Source of the DNA: an uncultured Verrucomicrobiae bacterium
Lineage (GTDB): Bacteria; Verrucomicrobiota; Verrucomicrobiia; Chthoniobacterales; Chthoniobacteraceae
Reading direction: 5' to 3'
Length of the DNA stretch: 64,000 nucleotides
NCBI GenBank assembly: GCA_963828525.1
Contig: CAWHEP010000008.1
Span: 384,001-448,000 of the forward strand
In this document: positions 51,808-62,511 of the stretch, in pieces
Layout of the letters: every line of letters begins with the position of its first letter
Position numbering within the stretch: the first letter of the stretch is position 1
The notes under the pieces: generated by a model
Seen by the model: only the letters and a program-made list of their open reading frames with translations
Database searches by the model: none
Told to the model about the DNA's origin: nothing
Translations under genes and position numbers: made by a program

Positions 51808-53862
51808 ATGCAGTTTGAAGATCCCCACCTTTACATTAATCGGGAGTTAAGCTGGCTCGAGTTCAACCAGCGCGTTCTGGATGAAGCTTGGGACGAGTCC
51901 AACCCGCTGCTGGAACGCGTCAAATTCCTCTGCATCGTCAGCGCCAATCTTGACGAATTCTTCGAGATACGGGTTGCTGGACTGCAGCAGCAAAAACAAA
52001 CCAGTCTCTCGGAAATCGGGCCAGATGGTCTGGACGCCACACAAATTCTTCACGCTATCGCCCTGCGTGTCCGAAGATTGGTCGAGGATCAATATCGTTG
52101 CTGGAATGAGCAACTGGCGCCGGCGCTGGAGGGCCACTCCATCCGGTTTCTACACTACCCGAACGTCTCGGAGGAGGACCACGCCTACCTGACCGCCTAT
52201 TTCACCAAATCGGTCTTTCCGGTTTTGACGCCCCTGGCGATTGATCCAGTCCATCCTTTCCCGCAGCTTCTCAACAAGAGCCTGAATGTTGTCGCCGAGC
52301 TGGATGCCGGAGACACGCCAATCAAATTCGCAGTTGTCCAGGTGCCACGCATTCTCGCAAGGGTCGTTCCTCTTCCCCGCCCCAAGGGGGTGAACGACTT
52401 TGTTTTCCTCGGCAACATCGTGCAACATCACGCCGCTTCCCTCTTCCGCGGTGTCCGTGTCGCGGGTGTCCACCAATTCCGCGTAACGCGGAACAGCAAT
52501 CTTTATTTCGATGAGGAAGAATCGCATAACCTGCTCCGAGCCATCGAAACCGAGCTGCGCAAGATTGCTCGCGGCAACGCCGTGCGGCTGGAAGTCCAGC
52601 CTGACTGCCCCGAAGCGACCATCTCAAGGCTGGTCGAGACATTCTCCCTTACGCCCGAAGAGGTGTTCTCGGTAAGCGGTCCCATCAATTTCCCAAGGCT
52701 GTTCCCTGTGATCCAGGAACTGGACATGCCGCAACTGAAGTTCCGCCCATTCAAGCCGCGGCTCGTCATCGAAGATGGTGAAGAAAGCATTTTTACTGAG
52801 ATCAAGAAGAAGGACGTGCTCCTGCACCATCCTTTTGACCAGTTCAAGACGGTTGTCGATTTAATAGCGCAGGCCGCGGTGGATGATGATGTCCTCGCGA
52901 TCAAGCAGACCCTGTATCGCACCAGCGGCGATTCGCCCCTCATCCCGGCTCTCATGGAAGCCGCCCAGAACGGCAAGCAGGTCACCGTTGTGATCGAATT
53001 GAAAGCGCGATTTGATGAAGCGGCGAACGTCAAATGGGCGCGCATGCTCCAGGAAGCGGGCGTGCATGTGGTTTACGGCGTGCCAGGCCTGAAGGTGCAT
53101 GCGAAGATGGCTCTGGTTGTCCGCCGCGAAGGCGATCTAATACAGCGCTACGCCCACTTGGGCACCGGCAACTACAACTCCGCGACTGCCCGCCTTTATA
53201 CCGATCTGGGTCTGCTGACAGCGGATGATGATCTCACAAACGACTGCGCGGAGCTGTTTAATATCCTCACAGGGGTTTCGATCTTCCCCGGCCTCAAGAA
53301 GCTGCTCGTCGCTCCCTTCACACTCCACACCACATTCCTCCATCTGATAGAAACGGAAATAGAAAACGCCGCGGCGGGAAAAGCGTCCGGCATCTCCGCG
53401 AAGACCAACGCGCTTGTGGAACAAGAAATAATTGGCGCGTTCTACCGGGCCTCGTCTGCTGGCGTGCCGATTCGCCTGCTGGTCCGGGGGGTTTGCTGCT
53501 TGCGACCAGGTGTTCCCGGCATCAGTGAAAACATCGAGGCCCGCAGCGTCGTGGGACGCTTCCTGGAACACAGCCGGATCTACCGCTTTGAGAACGGCGG
53601 CAACCCGCTCATCTATTTGGCGAGCGCCGACCTTATGCCCCGCAACTTCTTCCGCAGGGTGGAAACATGTTTTCCAGTCGAAGATCAGGCGGCAAAGGAC
53701 CGCGTTTCCGGAATCTTCGACCTCTACTGGCAAGACAGCGTGAAAGCCAGGTCGCTGGGGAGCGATGGCGCCTATAGAAGGGTCTCGCGCCGCGATCCAA
53801 GCTTCAATGTGCAGGAATTTTTGACTCCGACGCCTCCATCGGCAACGAAAGTGCCGTCCTGA
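51808..53862 (+). CDS. ppk1: Polyphosphate kinase 1
   Basis: NRELSWLEFNQRVL, HHPF, ELKARFDE, KVHAK, HLGTGNYN and RFLEHSR. Confidence 0.96.
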   Translation: MQFEDPHLYINRELSWLEFNQRVLDEAWDESNPLLERVKFLCIVSANLDEFFEIRVAGLQQQKQTSLSEIGPDGLDATQILHAIALRVRRLVEDQYRCWNEQLAPALEGHSIRFLHYPNVSEEDHAYLTAYFTKSVFPVLTPLAIDPVHPFPQLLNKSLNVVAELDAGDTPIKFAVVQVPRILARVVPLPRPKGVNDFVFLGNIVQHHAASLFRGVRVAGVHQFRVTRNSNLYFDEEESHNLLRAIETELRKIARGNAVRLEVQPDCPEATISRLVETFSLTPEEVFSVSGPINFPRLFPVIQELDMPQLKFRPFKPRLVIEDGEESIFTEIKKKDVLLHHPFDQFKTVVDLIAQAAVDDDVLAIKQTLYRTSGDSPLIPALMEAAQNGKQVTVVIELKARFDEAANVKWARMLQEAGVHVVYGVPGLKVHAKMALVVRREGDLIQRYAHLGTGNYNSATARLYTDLGLLTADDDLTNDCAELFNILTGVSIFPGLKKLLVAPFTLHTTFLHLIETEIENAAAGKASGISAKTNALVEQEIIGAFYRASSAGVPIRLLVRGVCCLRPGVPGISENIEARSVVGRFLEHSRIYRFENGGNPLIYLASADLMPRNFFRRVETCFPVEDQAAKDRVSGIFDLYWQDSVKARSLGSDGAYRRVSRRDPSFNVQEFLTPTPPSATKVPS

Positions 53863-53877
53863 TCCGATGTAACGGGT

Positions 53878-54891
53878 ATGAATGCTTCCTCTCCCAAGCG
53901 CATCGCCTCTGAGCTGGCCGTCCTGCCTGTCAGCATAGTTAACGTCTATTTCGTCGGCCGACCCGGCGGTAAGTGGGTTTTGGTGGACACCGGGCTGCCG
54001 GGCAGAACCCGCGAAGTGCTGGCGGCTGCCGAGGCTCGCTACGGCGCCGAGTCGCGCCCGGAAGCAATCCTGCTCACGCATGGTCATTTTGACCACTCTG
54101 GATCAGCATTGGCGCTCTCGCTGCATTGGGATGTGCCAGTTTATGCGCACCGGATGGAAATCCCATTCCTTACTGGCCTCTCCCTTTATCCTCCCCGGGA
54201 TCCCACAGTCGGCGGGGCGATCGCCTTTCTCTCCCGGTTCATGCCCTCGCGCGGAGCCAGCCTGGCAGGGCGCATACACTCATTGCACGAGGGTTCCGTG
54301 CCGGGCCTTCCAGATTGGGAATGGCATTTCACTCCAGGCCACTCCCCTGGGCATGTATCCTATTTTCGCCCTTCTGATAAGACGCTTATTGCGGGAGATG
54401 CCTTTGCCAGCATGGACATGGACTCCTGGATTGGATTCGTGACGAAGTCCCCGCGCCTCAGCCGGGCCGGGAGCCCCTTCAACTATGACTGGGACGCGTC
54501 GGCAAACTCCGTTCGAAAGCTCGCCGCGCTGGAGCCTGAACTCGTCGCTTGCGGTCACGGCCATCCCATCGCGCCACGCGGCCTTGCCCTGTTTTCCAGA
54601 CGCTACACCCGGCCAGCTTACGGACGCTATATTCGCGAGCCAGCGCGCGTCGATGAGCGTGGTGTATCCTATCTTCCCCCCCGCGTCTCCGATCCACTTG
54701 CCTGGGCTTTGGCGGGAGCTTGCCTCACCTTGGCGGCGGGTGCTGGACTCTGGCTCGCCTTCGCGCCGGCCGGCTCGCTCCTAATCCACTCTCTACCGGC
54801 CTCGGAGGACCAGTTGCTCTGGCGGTACGGGCACTTCGCGCCTCCGCGTCACGGCGGTGAATCTCTCAGGAAACTTTGCATTGAGCAGTGA
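53878..54891 (+). CDS. MBL-fold metallo-hydrolase with a C-terminal hydrophobic segment
   Basis: THGHFDH, TPGHSPGH, AGDA and CGHG. Confidence 0.88.
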   Translation: MNASSPKRIASELAVLPVSIVNVYFVGRPGGKWVLVDTGLPGRTREVLAAAEARYGAESRPEAILLTHGHFDHSGSALALSLHWDVPVYAHRMEIPFLTGLSLYPPRDPTVGGAIAFLSRFMPSRGASLAGRIHSLHEGSVPGLPDWEWHFTPGHSPGHVSYFRPSDKTLIAGDAFASMDMDSWIGFVTKSPRLSRAGSPFNYDWDASANSVRKLAALEPELVACGHGHPIAPRGLALFSRRYTRPAYGRYIREPARVDERGVSYLPPRVSDPLAWALAGACLTLAAGAGLWLAFAPAGSLLIHSLPASEDQLLWRYGHFAPPRHGGESLRKLCIEQ

Positions 54892-54922
54892 CGCATGGCT
54901 GGATACCCTCTCCATCCTTCCC

Positions 54923-56876
54923 ATGAGTTCAAATATTGAAACCCATCTCACCGAAAAACGTGTCTTCAAACCTTCCAAAGCCTTCGCAAAACGCGCTCGC
55001 ATCAGCAGCATTGCCGAATACGAAAAGCGCTATGCCCGTTCCATCAAAAAGCCGGATAAATTTTGGGCTGAAGAAGCCGAGGAACTGACTTGGCGCGAAC
55101 CCTGGACGCAGAGTACTCCAGTGGAAGGCCCCTAACGCGAAGTGGTTTGTCGGGGGTAAACTGAACGCGTCGGAGAACTGTCTCGACCGGCATCTGCACG
55201 GTCGCAACCGGAACAAGGCTGCCATCATCTGGGAGGGCGAGCCGGGAGAGAAACGGACCTTAACCTACCGGCAACTGCACCGCGAGGTATGCAAATTCGC
55301 GAACGTGCTGGAGCGGCCAAGGTCAAAAAAGGCGACTGCGTCGTCATCTATATGCCGATGATGCCGGAAGCGGCCATCGCCATGCTGGCGTGCGCGCGGA
55401 TCGGAGCGGTTCATTCGGTCATTTTCGGCGGATTCAGCTCGAAAGCATCAAGGATCGCGTCAACGACAGCAAAGCCGTCGCGATCATCACCGCGGATGGC
55501 GGCTACCGCCGCGGCAGCGATCGTGCCACTGAAGAGCAACGTCGATCGAGGCGCTGAAGGAACGCCGAGGTCGCAAAGGGTCATCGTCTTTCGACGCGCC
55601 AGCAACGAGATGTCCACATCGTGGAGGGGCGCGACTTGTGGTGGCACGAAGAGGTGGCGAAACGTCGCCGCTGACGCACAACGCCGAGCCGCTGGAGAGC
55701 GAGCACCCGCTCTTCATTCTCTATACCAGCGGCTCCACCGGCAAACCGAAGGGCGTGCTGCACACCACCGGCGGCTACCTGCTCGGGCGCGTACTGACCA
55801 CGAACTACGTTTTCGATCTGAAGGAAGAGGATGTCTACTGGTGCACGGCGGACATCGGTTGGGTCACCGGGCACAGCTACGTCGTTTACGGCCCGCTCGC
55901 CAATGGCGCGACCGTCGTTGATGTACGAAGGCGCGCCGAACTGGCCGGAGCCGGACCGGTTCTGGCAGATCATCGATGAGTACGGGATCACGATTCTCTA
56001 CACCGCGCCCACGGCGATTCGCGCGTTCATGCAATGGGGCGACGCATGGCCTGACGAAGCACGATCTCTCCTCGCTGCGCCTGCTGGGCTCCGTCGGCGA
56101 ACCGATCAATCCCGAGGCGTGGATGTGGTATCACAAGCATGATCGGCGGAGAGCGTTGCCCAATCGTCGACACGTGGTGGCAGACCGAGACCGGCGCGAT
56201 CATGATCACGCCGCTTCCAGGCGCCATCGCCTACGAAGCCCGGCTCGCGCACGCTGCCGTTCTTCGGCGTGGATGCCGAGATCGTCGATGAGCATGGCAA
56301 TGAAGTCGCCCAAACGTCGGCGGCAAGCTCGTCCTACGCAGCCGTGGCCTTCCATGCTGCGCAGCTCTACGGCGACAAGGATCGTTACAAAAAACAATAT
56401 TGGAGCGAAATCCCGGGCTGTTATTTCGCGGGCGACGGCGCGCGCCGCGACAAGGATGGTTATTTCTGGATCGTGGGCCGCATCGACGATGTGCTCAACG
56501 TTTCCGGTCACCGCATCGGCACCGGCCGAAGTGGAAAGCGCGCTCGTCTCGCACCCCACCGTCGCGGAAGCCGCGGTCGTGGGGCGCCCGGACGAAATCA
56601 AGGGTCAGGGCGGTCGTCGCGTTTGTGACCCTGAAGAGCGGCGTTATTCCCAACCCCAACCTGCGCGATGAACTGCGCCAGCATGTCGGTCGGGCGATCG
56701 GCCCCATTGCCAAGCCGGATGATATCCGTTTCGCCGACGCCCTGCCAAAGACGAGAAGCGGCAAAATCATGCGCCGGCTCTTGAAAGAAATCGCGGCCGG
56801 AAATACCGTGACAGGTGACACCACGACCCTTGAGGATCTGAGTGTTTTGGCGAAGCTAGGCAGTAACGAAGATTGA
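54923..56876 (+). CDS. acs: Acetyl-CoA synthetase (many frameshifts)
   Basis: Segments across frames: [50 protein letters not shown] and [14 protein letters not shown]. Confidence 0.93.
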
Positions 56877-56959
56877 AAATGCGTTCCGCGTCCGGAATGA
56901 AATCTGAGCGCAGCCTTGAGATTGACCACTGATTAGAAGCTGCTTAAGCCAGGTTTCCC

Positions 56960-57412
56960 ATGCCTCCAGAAAGACTTGCTGAGTTGGAAGGAGGTGTTCA
57001 AAAGCTTCAGCTCCGTCCGCCCGCCCGTTGGACGCGCTCCGCCCTTCGCGTCATCAGTATCACCGCGCTCTGGATTGCAATAGGAGGCGCTGTTGTCTTG
57101 ATCCTGAGCCATGCGATTTCATCGCTCATCGGGTTGCAGCCGCCTTTTCCGCTGAAGTCCGGCATTCCGCTGATCGCCATCGGAACCTCTTACATCAGCC
57201 TTATGCTTACGCTTCCGCGCCGCCCCGGTCAGATGCTTGTAGGCGTTCTCATGGGACTGGCCTTTGTGCTGTGGGGTCTCGAACAGTTCCTCGTCAATCG
57301 AGCGCTGATTTGCTTCATCGACGACTGTGTCGCGTTCCTTTTCATAACGGATTTAAGCATCATCATCCGGCAGAATCACAGACAACAGACGCTGCAAAAT
57401 ACCGAGTCCTAA
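56960..57412 (+). CDS. Hypothetical four-TM membrane protein
   Basis: Four hydrophobic helices in a 150-aa ORF. Confidence 0.65.
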   Translation: MPPERLAELEGGVQKLQLRPPARWTRSALRVISITALWIAIGGAVVLILSHAISSLIGLQPPFPLKSGIPLIAIGTSYISLMLTLPRRPGQMLVGVLMGLAFVLWGLEQFLVNRALICFIDDCVAFLFITDLSIIIRQNHRQQTLQNTES

Positions 57413-57440
57413 ACGCGCATTTTGTAAGCGGCTCCCTGAC

Positions 57441-58165
57441 TCAAGCAACCAACCGGCTAAAAAGCGCGGCTAGTCCCGCGAAGATGCCGCCGAGGAGAGC
57501 TATCGAGGCCAAACCGATGAGGAGACCCGCGGTAATCATCGCTCCATCCCGCTCCGCGAGGCCAAGGGCGATGATGAAGATCGATATGGCCAGAGGCATG
57601 TTTGTTCCTGGGATGGGCAAAGCCATAAACGCCGCCAGAAGCAGGATAAACGCTCCCAGAAATTTCTTCGCCGGCTCGCTGGTCATCCATTTCCAACGCG
57701 GTTTCACAGCGCTCGGCTCATTTTCTCCAGAGCCGGAAGGATTGCGCGGATTGCCCCGGCAAGCGCCTTCCGCGGCACAGATCGCTTGAGCAGCCAGGGG
57801 GGCAGGGTGATCTCCTTTTTACCCATCATCATCTGCGCGGAGATAATCCCTGTGGGGATCACGACGATCGCGGAAACACCCGGTATCGGGATCGGTAGCA
57901 CCTCAGGGATCGAAAAAGCCATCAACGTGGTGCCAAACGATGTAGTGCCGAGCGATCCCAGGATCTTCTCAACCGTGAAATTCTTGTCCTGATTCTCGTT
58001 CAGCAAAGCTCGCAGAAGCTCGGAAGTGCGGATGACCTTGGAAGGCTGCGCCGCAACTTTTGGCTTTGCCCGCGCTCTCGCCCTGGGCTTTGCGGGCTTG
58101 CGAACAGGCCCCTTCCGAGAGATTTCACCAACACCCAAGGCTATTGAAGCAGCGGCAGCCGTCAT
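57441..58165 (-). CDS. ExoD family exopolysaccharide synthesis membrane protein (frameshift near 57710)
   Basis: LPIPIPGVS, LPPWLLKRS, then KPRW...LPIPGTNMP...LGLAERDG in the next frame. Confidence 0.85.
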
Positions 58166-58250
58166 CAGAGCTTGACCCTACTCTCCATGCGACTGTTCTC
58201 AAGCCAGAATTGACTCTGGAGGCAAAGGCCGGGACTCTCTACCAATCCGT

Positions 58251-58607
58251 ATGAAAGAAAAGATTAGTGAATTTAAAATTGACCGTCCACTGACCGACGG
58301 ACGCCGCGCGAAGATCGATGAATTCATCAAAAAGAATGCCAGTCGCATCGACCGTCCATTCACTCATTCCTGGGCGGATGAAATTCTCACGCTGGAAAGC
58401 TCGCCGGTGCGCTGGGACTTTATTTTCCACAAGGATCGACTCGAGGTGATTGGGAGCGGACCTCTCTGGGCCAAACTCCTCTTCACAGAGAAGCGAAGAA
58501 CGCTCCTTGACGACATGATCCGGCAGTTGCTCCAGGAAGCAGGCTTTTTTACCGCCGCCAGCAAGGGCGGACCGGAAAAACCACGCGTTCGCGCAAAGCC
58601 AGCATAA
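58251..58607 (+). CDS. Hypothetical protein
   Basis: 118-aa ORF with ATG start and plausible globular composition; upstream of the methyltransferase. Confidence 0.6.
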   Translation: MKEKISEFKIDRPLTDGRRAKIDEFIKKNASRIDRPFTHSWADEILTLESSPVRWDFIFHKDRLEVIGSGPLWAKLLFTEKRRTLLDDMIRQLLQEAGFFTAASKGGPEKPRVRAKPA

Positions 58608-58692
58608 TTCGGCTCAAATTGCGGGGTATCACTTCGAACGAAGCGGATTGGCGCTTCCTTTGACCCGTCTCGGATGTTAAATAAGCGAAGCG

Positions 58693-60030
58693 ATGCCGAC
58701 GCTGAAAGCCATCCCCCTTCCCGCTCCTCGTCAGCCTCGCGTAACGCCTGAGGTAAATAGGCTGACTCCCGGCGATCACCCCGCGCACGACTGGTATCGC
58801 TTCGTTCTCTCCTACCCGCCTCATCTCGTTCGGACTTACATCGAGCGCTTTGAACTCTCCGCGCGCAATCTTGTTCTCGACCCGTTTTGTGGAACCGGGA
58901 CAACAATTGTGGAGTGCAAAAAAAATGGAATCCCAAGCGCAGGTCTGGAGGCTCATCCGTTCTCGCATCTCGCGAGCGCCACGAAGATAGACTGGAGCCC
59001 AGATCCGTCCGTATTGGAGCGCCAGGCCAAACGTGTTGCGGACGCCACGCTGAAGGCATTGGATGCGGACGGTATTGTTGATGATCCCCAGCCGCTGCTT
59101 CTAAACGAGAGGCCTGTTCGCTCCTCGCGTAAACTTTCCCCCGAGCAGGAGAAACTACTCCTTACAAACTCCATTAGCGCGCTGCCGCTCCACAAGACGC
59201 TCGTGTTGCTTGACGCCATCCGCGCCATCGCGGAGACGTCAATGCAACCCCACATGCTTCTGGCACTCGGGAAGGCCCTCATCGGTCCAATAGGGAATCT
59301 CCACTTCGGACCGGAGGTAGGAGTAGGCCCTCAAAAAGCAGATGCCGCCGTAGTTACTCCCTGGCTAAGTGGCGTAAACCGAATGGCTGAGGACATCCGC
59401 ACACTAGCGCCCAAATCAAAGGTGCCATCAGTAGCCCATCACGTTGATTCTCGTGAAATCCCCACAAGCATCAGTCCGAATTCCATCGATGCGGTCATCA
59501 CTTCCCCGCCTTACCCCAATGAGAAGGACTACACCCGGATGACCCGCTTGGAAACCGTGATCCTCGGCTACGTGACTTCGAAGCAAGAATTGCAGCGACT
59601 GAAGCGCACTTTGGTTCGGTCCAATACGCGAGGAGTTTATAAGAGCGACACCGACGATCAATGGGTCACGCGCCATCCCGAAATCCAGCGGTTGGCTGCC
59701 GCAATAGAAGCCAGGAGGCTTGAACTGGGAAAGACAAGCGGATTTGAGCGCTTATACGCCCGTGTCACGAAACTTTATTTTGGCGGAATGGCTCGTCATC
59801 TATCGGACCTGCGGAGATTTCTGAAACCAGGCGCTCGCCTCGCGTATGTTGTGGGGGATCAGGCCTCATACTTGAGGATCATGATCCGAACCGGTCAGAT
59901 ACTCGGCTCCATCGCCGAAGAGCTAGGCTACGAGGTTACTGCGCTCGATCTTTTCCGCACTAGAATTTCCACAGCCACGGGCGAACACTTACGTGAGGAA
60001 GTCCTTGTTCTCCGATGGCCGAAACCCTGA
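58693..60030 (+). CDS. DNA amino-methyltransferase, alpha-class motif order, probably m4C
   Basis: Motif I VLDPFCGTGTT precedes motif IV VITSPPY by about 200 aa; LKPGARLAYVVGD. Confidence 0.88.
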   Translation: MPTLKAIPLPAPRQPRVTPEVNRLTPGDHPAHDWYRFVLSYPPHLVRTYIERFELSARNLVLDPFCGTGTTIVECKKNGIPSAGLEAHPFSHLASATKIDWSPDPSVLERQAKRVADATLKALDADGIVDDPQPLLLNERPVRSSRKLSPEQEKLLLTNSISALPLHKTLVLLDAIRAIAETSMQPHMLLALGKALIGPIGNLHFGPEVGVGPQKADAAVVTPWLSGVNRMAEDIRTLAPKSKVPSVAHHVDSREIPTSISPNSIDAVITSPPYPNEKDYTRMTRLETVILGYVTSKQELQRLKRTLVRSNTRGVYKSDTDDQWVTRHPEIQRLAAAIEARRLELGKTSGFERLYARVTKLYFGGMARHLSDLRRFLKPGARLAYVVGDQASYLRIMIRTGQILGSIAEELGYEVTALDLFRTRISTATGEHLREEVLVLRWPKP

Positions 60031-60835
60031 AGTCCGTGGCTGCTAACAGGTATACACAGATCCTGGAGCGGATATTCTTTGCCCACTACACGGCAGAAAG
60101 CAGTGAAGTTGGGTTCAGGAGAGAGGAGATGGCTGCGGTCGCAAAGGAGATCGGGATAGAACTGCCCAAAAACCTTGGCGATCTGATCTACAGCTTCCGG
60201 TCAAGAACAGTTCTTCCCAAGTCCATCACGGAAAAGGCACCTGCTGGCAAGCACTGGATCATCCGGTCCGCCGGCAAGGCAAAGTATCAGTTCGTGCTTG
60301 TCGGCGAGTGGGCGGTTTCGCCGAATCCAATTCTTTCTGAAATCAAAATACCGGATGCTACCCCCGGAGTGATCGAGAAATACGCCCTTAGCGACGAACA
60401 GGCGTTGCTGGCAAAGCTTCGATATAACCGCTTAATCGATATATTTACGGGCCTTACATGCTACTCACTGCAGAATCATTTGCGCACATCGGTCGCCGCC
60501 ATGGGTCAGGTGGAGACCGACGAAATATATATATCGGCATTGATCGACGGGGATCCCACTACGTGCTTCCTGTTCAGGCTAAAGGCGGGCGGGATAAGAT
60601 GAGCATGGTGCAAATCGAACAGGACTTCGCGTTGTGCAACGAAAAATTCAAAAGCCTCACATGCCGCGCGATCGGAGCGCAATTTACTGCTAACGATGTA
60701 ATAGCTCTGTTCGAATTCGAATCCGGTGAGAAGGGCATCACGCTGGCGAACGAGAGACATTATCGCCTCGCCAACCCGCAAGATATAACGGCAGACGATC
60801 TGAAGAGCTACGCTATCCAGCGCGAACTACCATGA
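60015..60835 (+). CDS. Putative Type II restriction endonuclease, PD-(D/E)xK-like (frameshift in an (AT)5 tract at 60525-60534)
   Basis: Directly follows the MTase; removing one AT gives ...GQVETDEIYIGIDRRGSHYVLPVQAKGG..., a PD-(D/E/Q)xK-type catalytic arrangement. Confidence 0.7.
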
Positions 60836-62490
60836 ACCCGCTGGAAGAATACAATAAGAAGCGCGATTTCACGCGCACTGGAGAACCGAAGGCGGCGAAG
60901 AAGAAGCGTTCAGGCGAACCTCTGTTCGTCATTCAAAAGCACGAGGCAAGCCGGTTGCATTACGACTTCCGCCTGGAAATGGAGGGCGTGCTGAAATCGT
61001 GGGCCGTTCCGAAGGGGATTCCTTATGGCAAGGGCGACAAAAAACTCGCCGTGCATGTTGAGGATCACCCTTTCGACTATGCGGGTTTCGAAGGGATCAT
61101 CCCGAAAGGGAACTACGGCGCCGGCACGGTAATGGTGTGGGATACCGGCACGTATGAGAATCTGGGAGGCAACCCGGTAAAGGACTTGGAGGAAGGTCGG
61201 CTGCACATCCTTCTCCATGGCAAAAAACTCGAGGGCGAATGGGCGCTCGTGAAAATGCAGCGCGAGGAGAACCAATGGTTACTTCTCAAAAGCGGAGAGG
61301 ATGCCCCGCCTCTCTCCGCCAAACACGATGACGAATCTGTTCTCAGCGGGCGCACGATGAAACAAATCGCCGCCGCCAAGGACGCCGAGTGGATTTCAAA
61401 TCGTGGTTCGGCCGCGGACGCCAGAGCCGAAAAGAAAAAATCTGCTTCGACCCCCCGTAAGGCCGCTCCCGTCAAAGCCAAGATCGCGTTGCCATCGGGT
61501 CTCCCCCATGCCCCCGCGGCGTTCTCGCCTCCCATGCAGGCGAGACTCATCGAAAAGCCTCCAACGGCAGGCGACTGGATTTATGAACTGAAGTTCGACG
61601 GCTTTAGAGTGGTCGCCGTGAAGTCAGCAACGGGGGTGGAATTGATCTCTCGAAGTGGCAACTCCCTGACAAGCCGGTTTCGCGAGATCGCGGACGCTGT
61701 GAACGCCCTTAAGCTCACGCAAGGCGCGCTGGATGGCGAGATTGTCGCCCTCGATGAAGAAGGCAAACCCTCTTTTCAGCTCCTCCAGTCCTCTGAAACG
61801 GATACAACCCGCCCTCCGATCTGTTACTATGTGTTCGACGCGCTCAACATTGAAGGTCGCGACACGCGCGCTCTCCCCCTGACCGAGCGGAAAAGATTGT
61901 TGGAAGATGTTCTCCGAGACCCGCCGGACGGCTTGCGATACTCGGGCGCAATCCAAGGCGATCCCCATGAGCTGCTAGCCGAAATCAGCCGTCGGGGCCT
62001 GGAGGGCCTCATCGCTAAGAAGAGCGGCTCGCTTTATGAGACCGGGCAGCGAAGCGGCGCGTGGGTAAAGCTTAAGTGCGTGAACGAAGAAGAGTTCGTC
62101 ATCGGCGGCTATACGCCTCCGGACGGAACGAGACAGTATTTCGGCGCGTTGATCATCGGATTTTTCGAAAAGGGGAAGTTACTTTTTACAGGCAAGGTTG
62201 GCACGGGGTTCAGCAGCGCAACACTCAAGACCCTGCACGGAACCTTGCAGCCGATTCGCGCTGAGCGCTGCCCATTTGCAAACCTACCCACCAAAAGCGG
62301 TGGCAAGTGGGGACAAGGCATCACAGCAGCGGAGATGAGACGCTGCGCATGGGTAAAGCCGGAACTGGTCTGCCAGGTGAAGTTCGCCATGTGGACCCGG
62401 GACGGCAAACTCCGCCAACCCGTTTACCTGGGTTTGCGCGAGGATAAGAAGGCGGCGGACGTAATCCGTGAACTGCCCGGCGCCGTTTGA
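60832..62490 (+). CDS. ligD: NHEJ ligase LigD with 3'-phosphoesterase and ATP-dependent ligase domains, no polymerase domain
   Basis: YNKKRDF..T.EP, QKHEASRLHYDFRLE, SWAVPKG, VEDHP, ELKFDGFR, EGLIAK and WVKPELV. Confidence 0.92.
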   Translation: MNPLEEYNKKRDFTRTGEPKAAKKKRSGEPLFVIQKHEASRLHYDFRLEMEGVLKSWAVPKGIPYGKGDKKLAVHVEDHPFDYAGFEGIIPKGNYGAGTVMVWDTGTYENLGGNPVKDLEEGRLHILLHGKKLEGEWALVKMQREENQWLLLKSGEDAPPLSAKHDDESVLSGRTMKQIAAAKDAEWISNRGSAADARAEKKKSASTPRKAAPVKAKIALPSGLPHAPAAFSPPMQARLIEKPPTAGDWIYELKFDGFRVVAVKSATGVELISRSGNSLTSRFREIADAVNALKLTQGALDGEIVALDEEGKPSFQLLQSSETDTTRPPICYYVFDALNIEGRDTRALPLTERKRLLEDVLRDPPDGLRYSGAIQGDPHELLAEISRRGLEGLIAKKSGSLYETGQRSGAWVKLKCVNEEEFVIGGYTPPDGTRQYFGALIIGFFEKGKLLFTGKVGTGFSSATLKTLHGTLQPIRAERCPFANLPTKSGGKWGQGITAAEMRRCAWVKPELVCQVKFAMWTRDGKLRQPVYLGLREDKKAADVIRELPGAV

Positions 62491-62511
62491 GCGATTTAGC
62501 GGCAAGTCGAT

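Noticed and set aside
56877..62511. Integrated mobile element around the R-M genes
   Set aside because: No integrase, transposase, tRNA target or flanking direct repeats were seen. Horizontal origin is plausible but boundaries cannot be supported.
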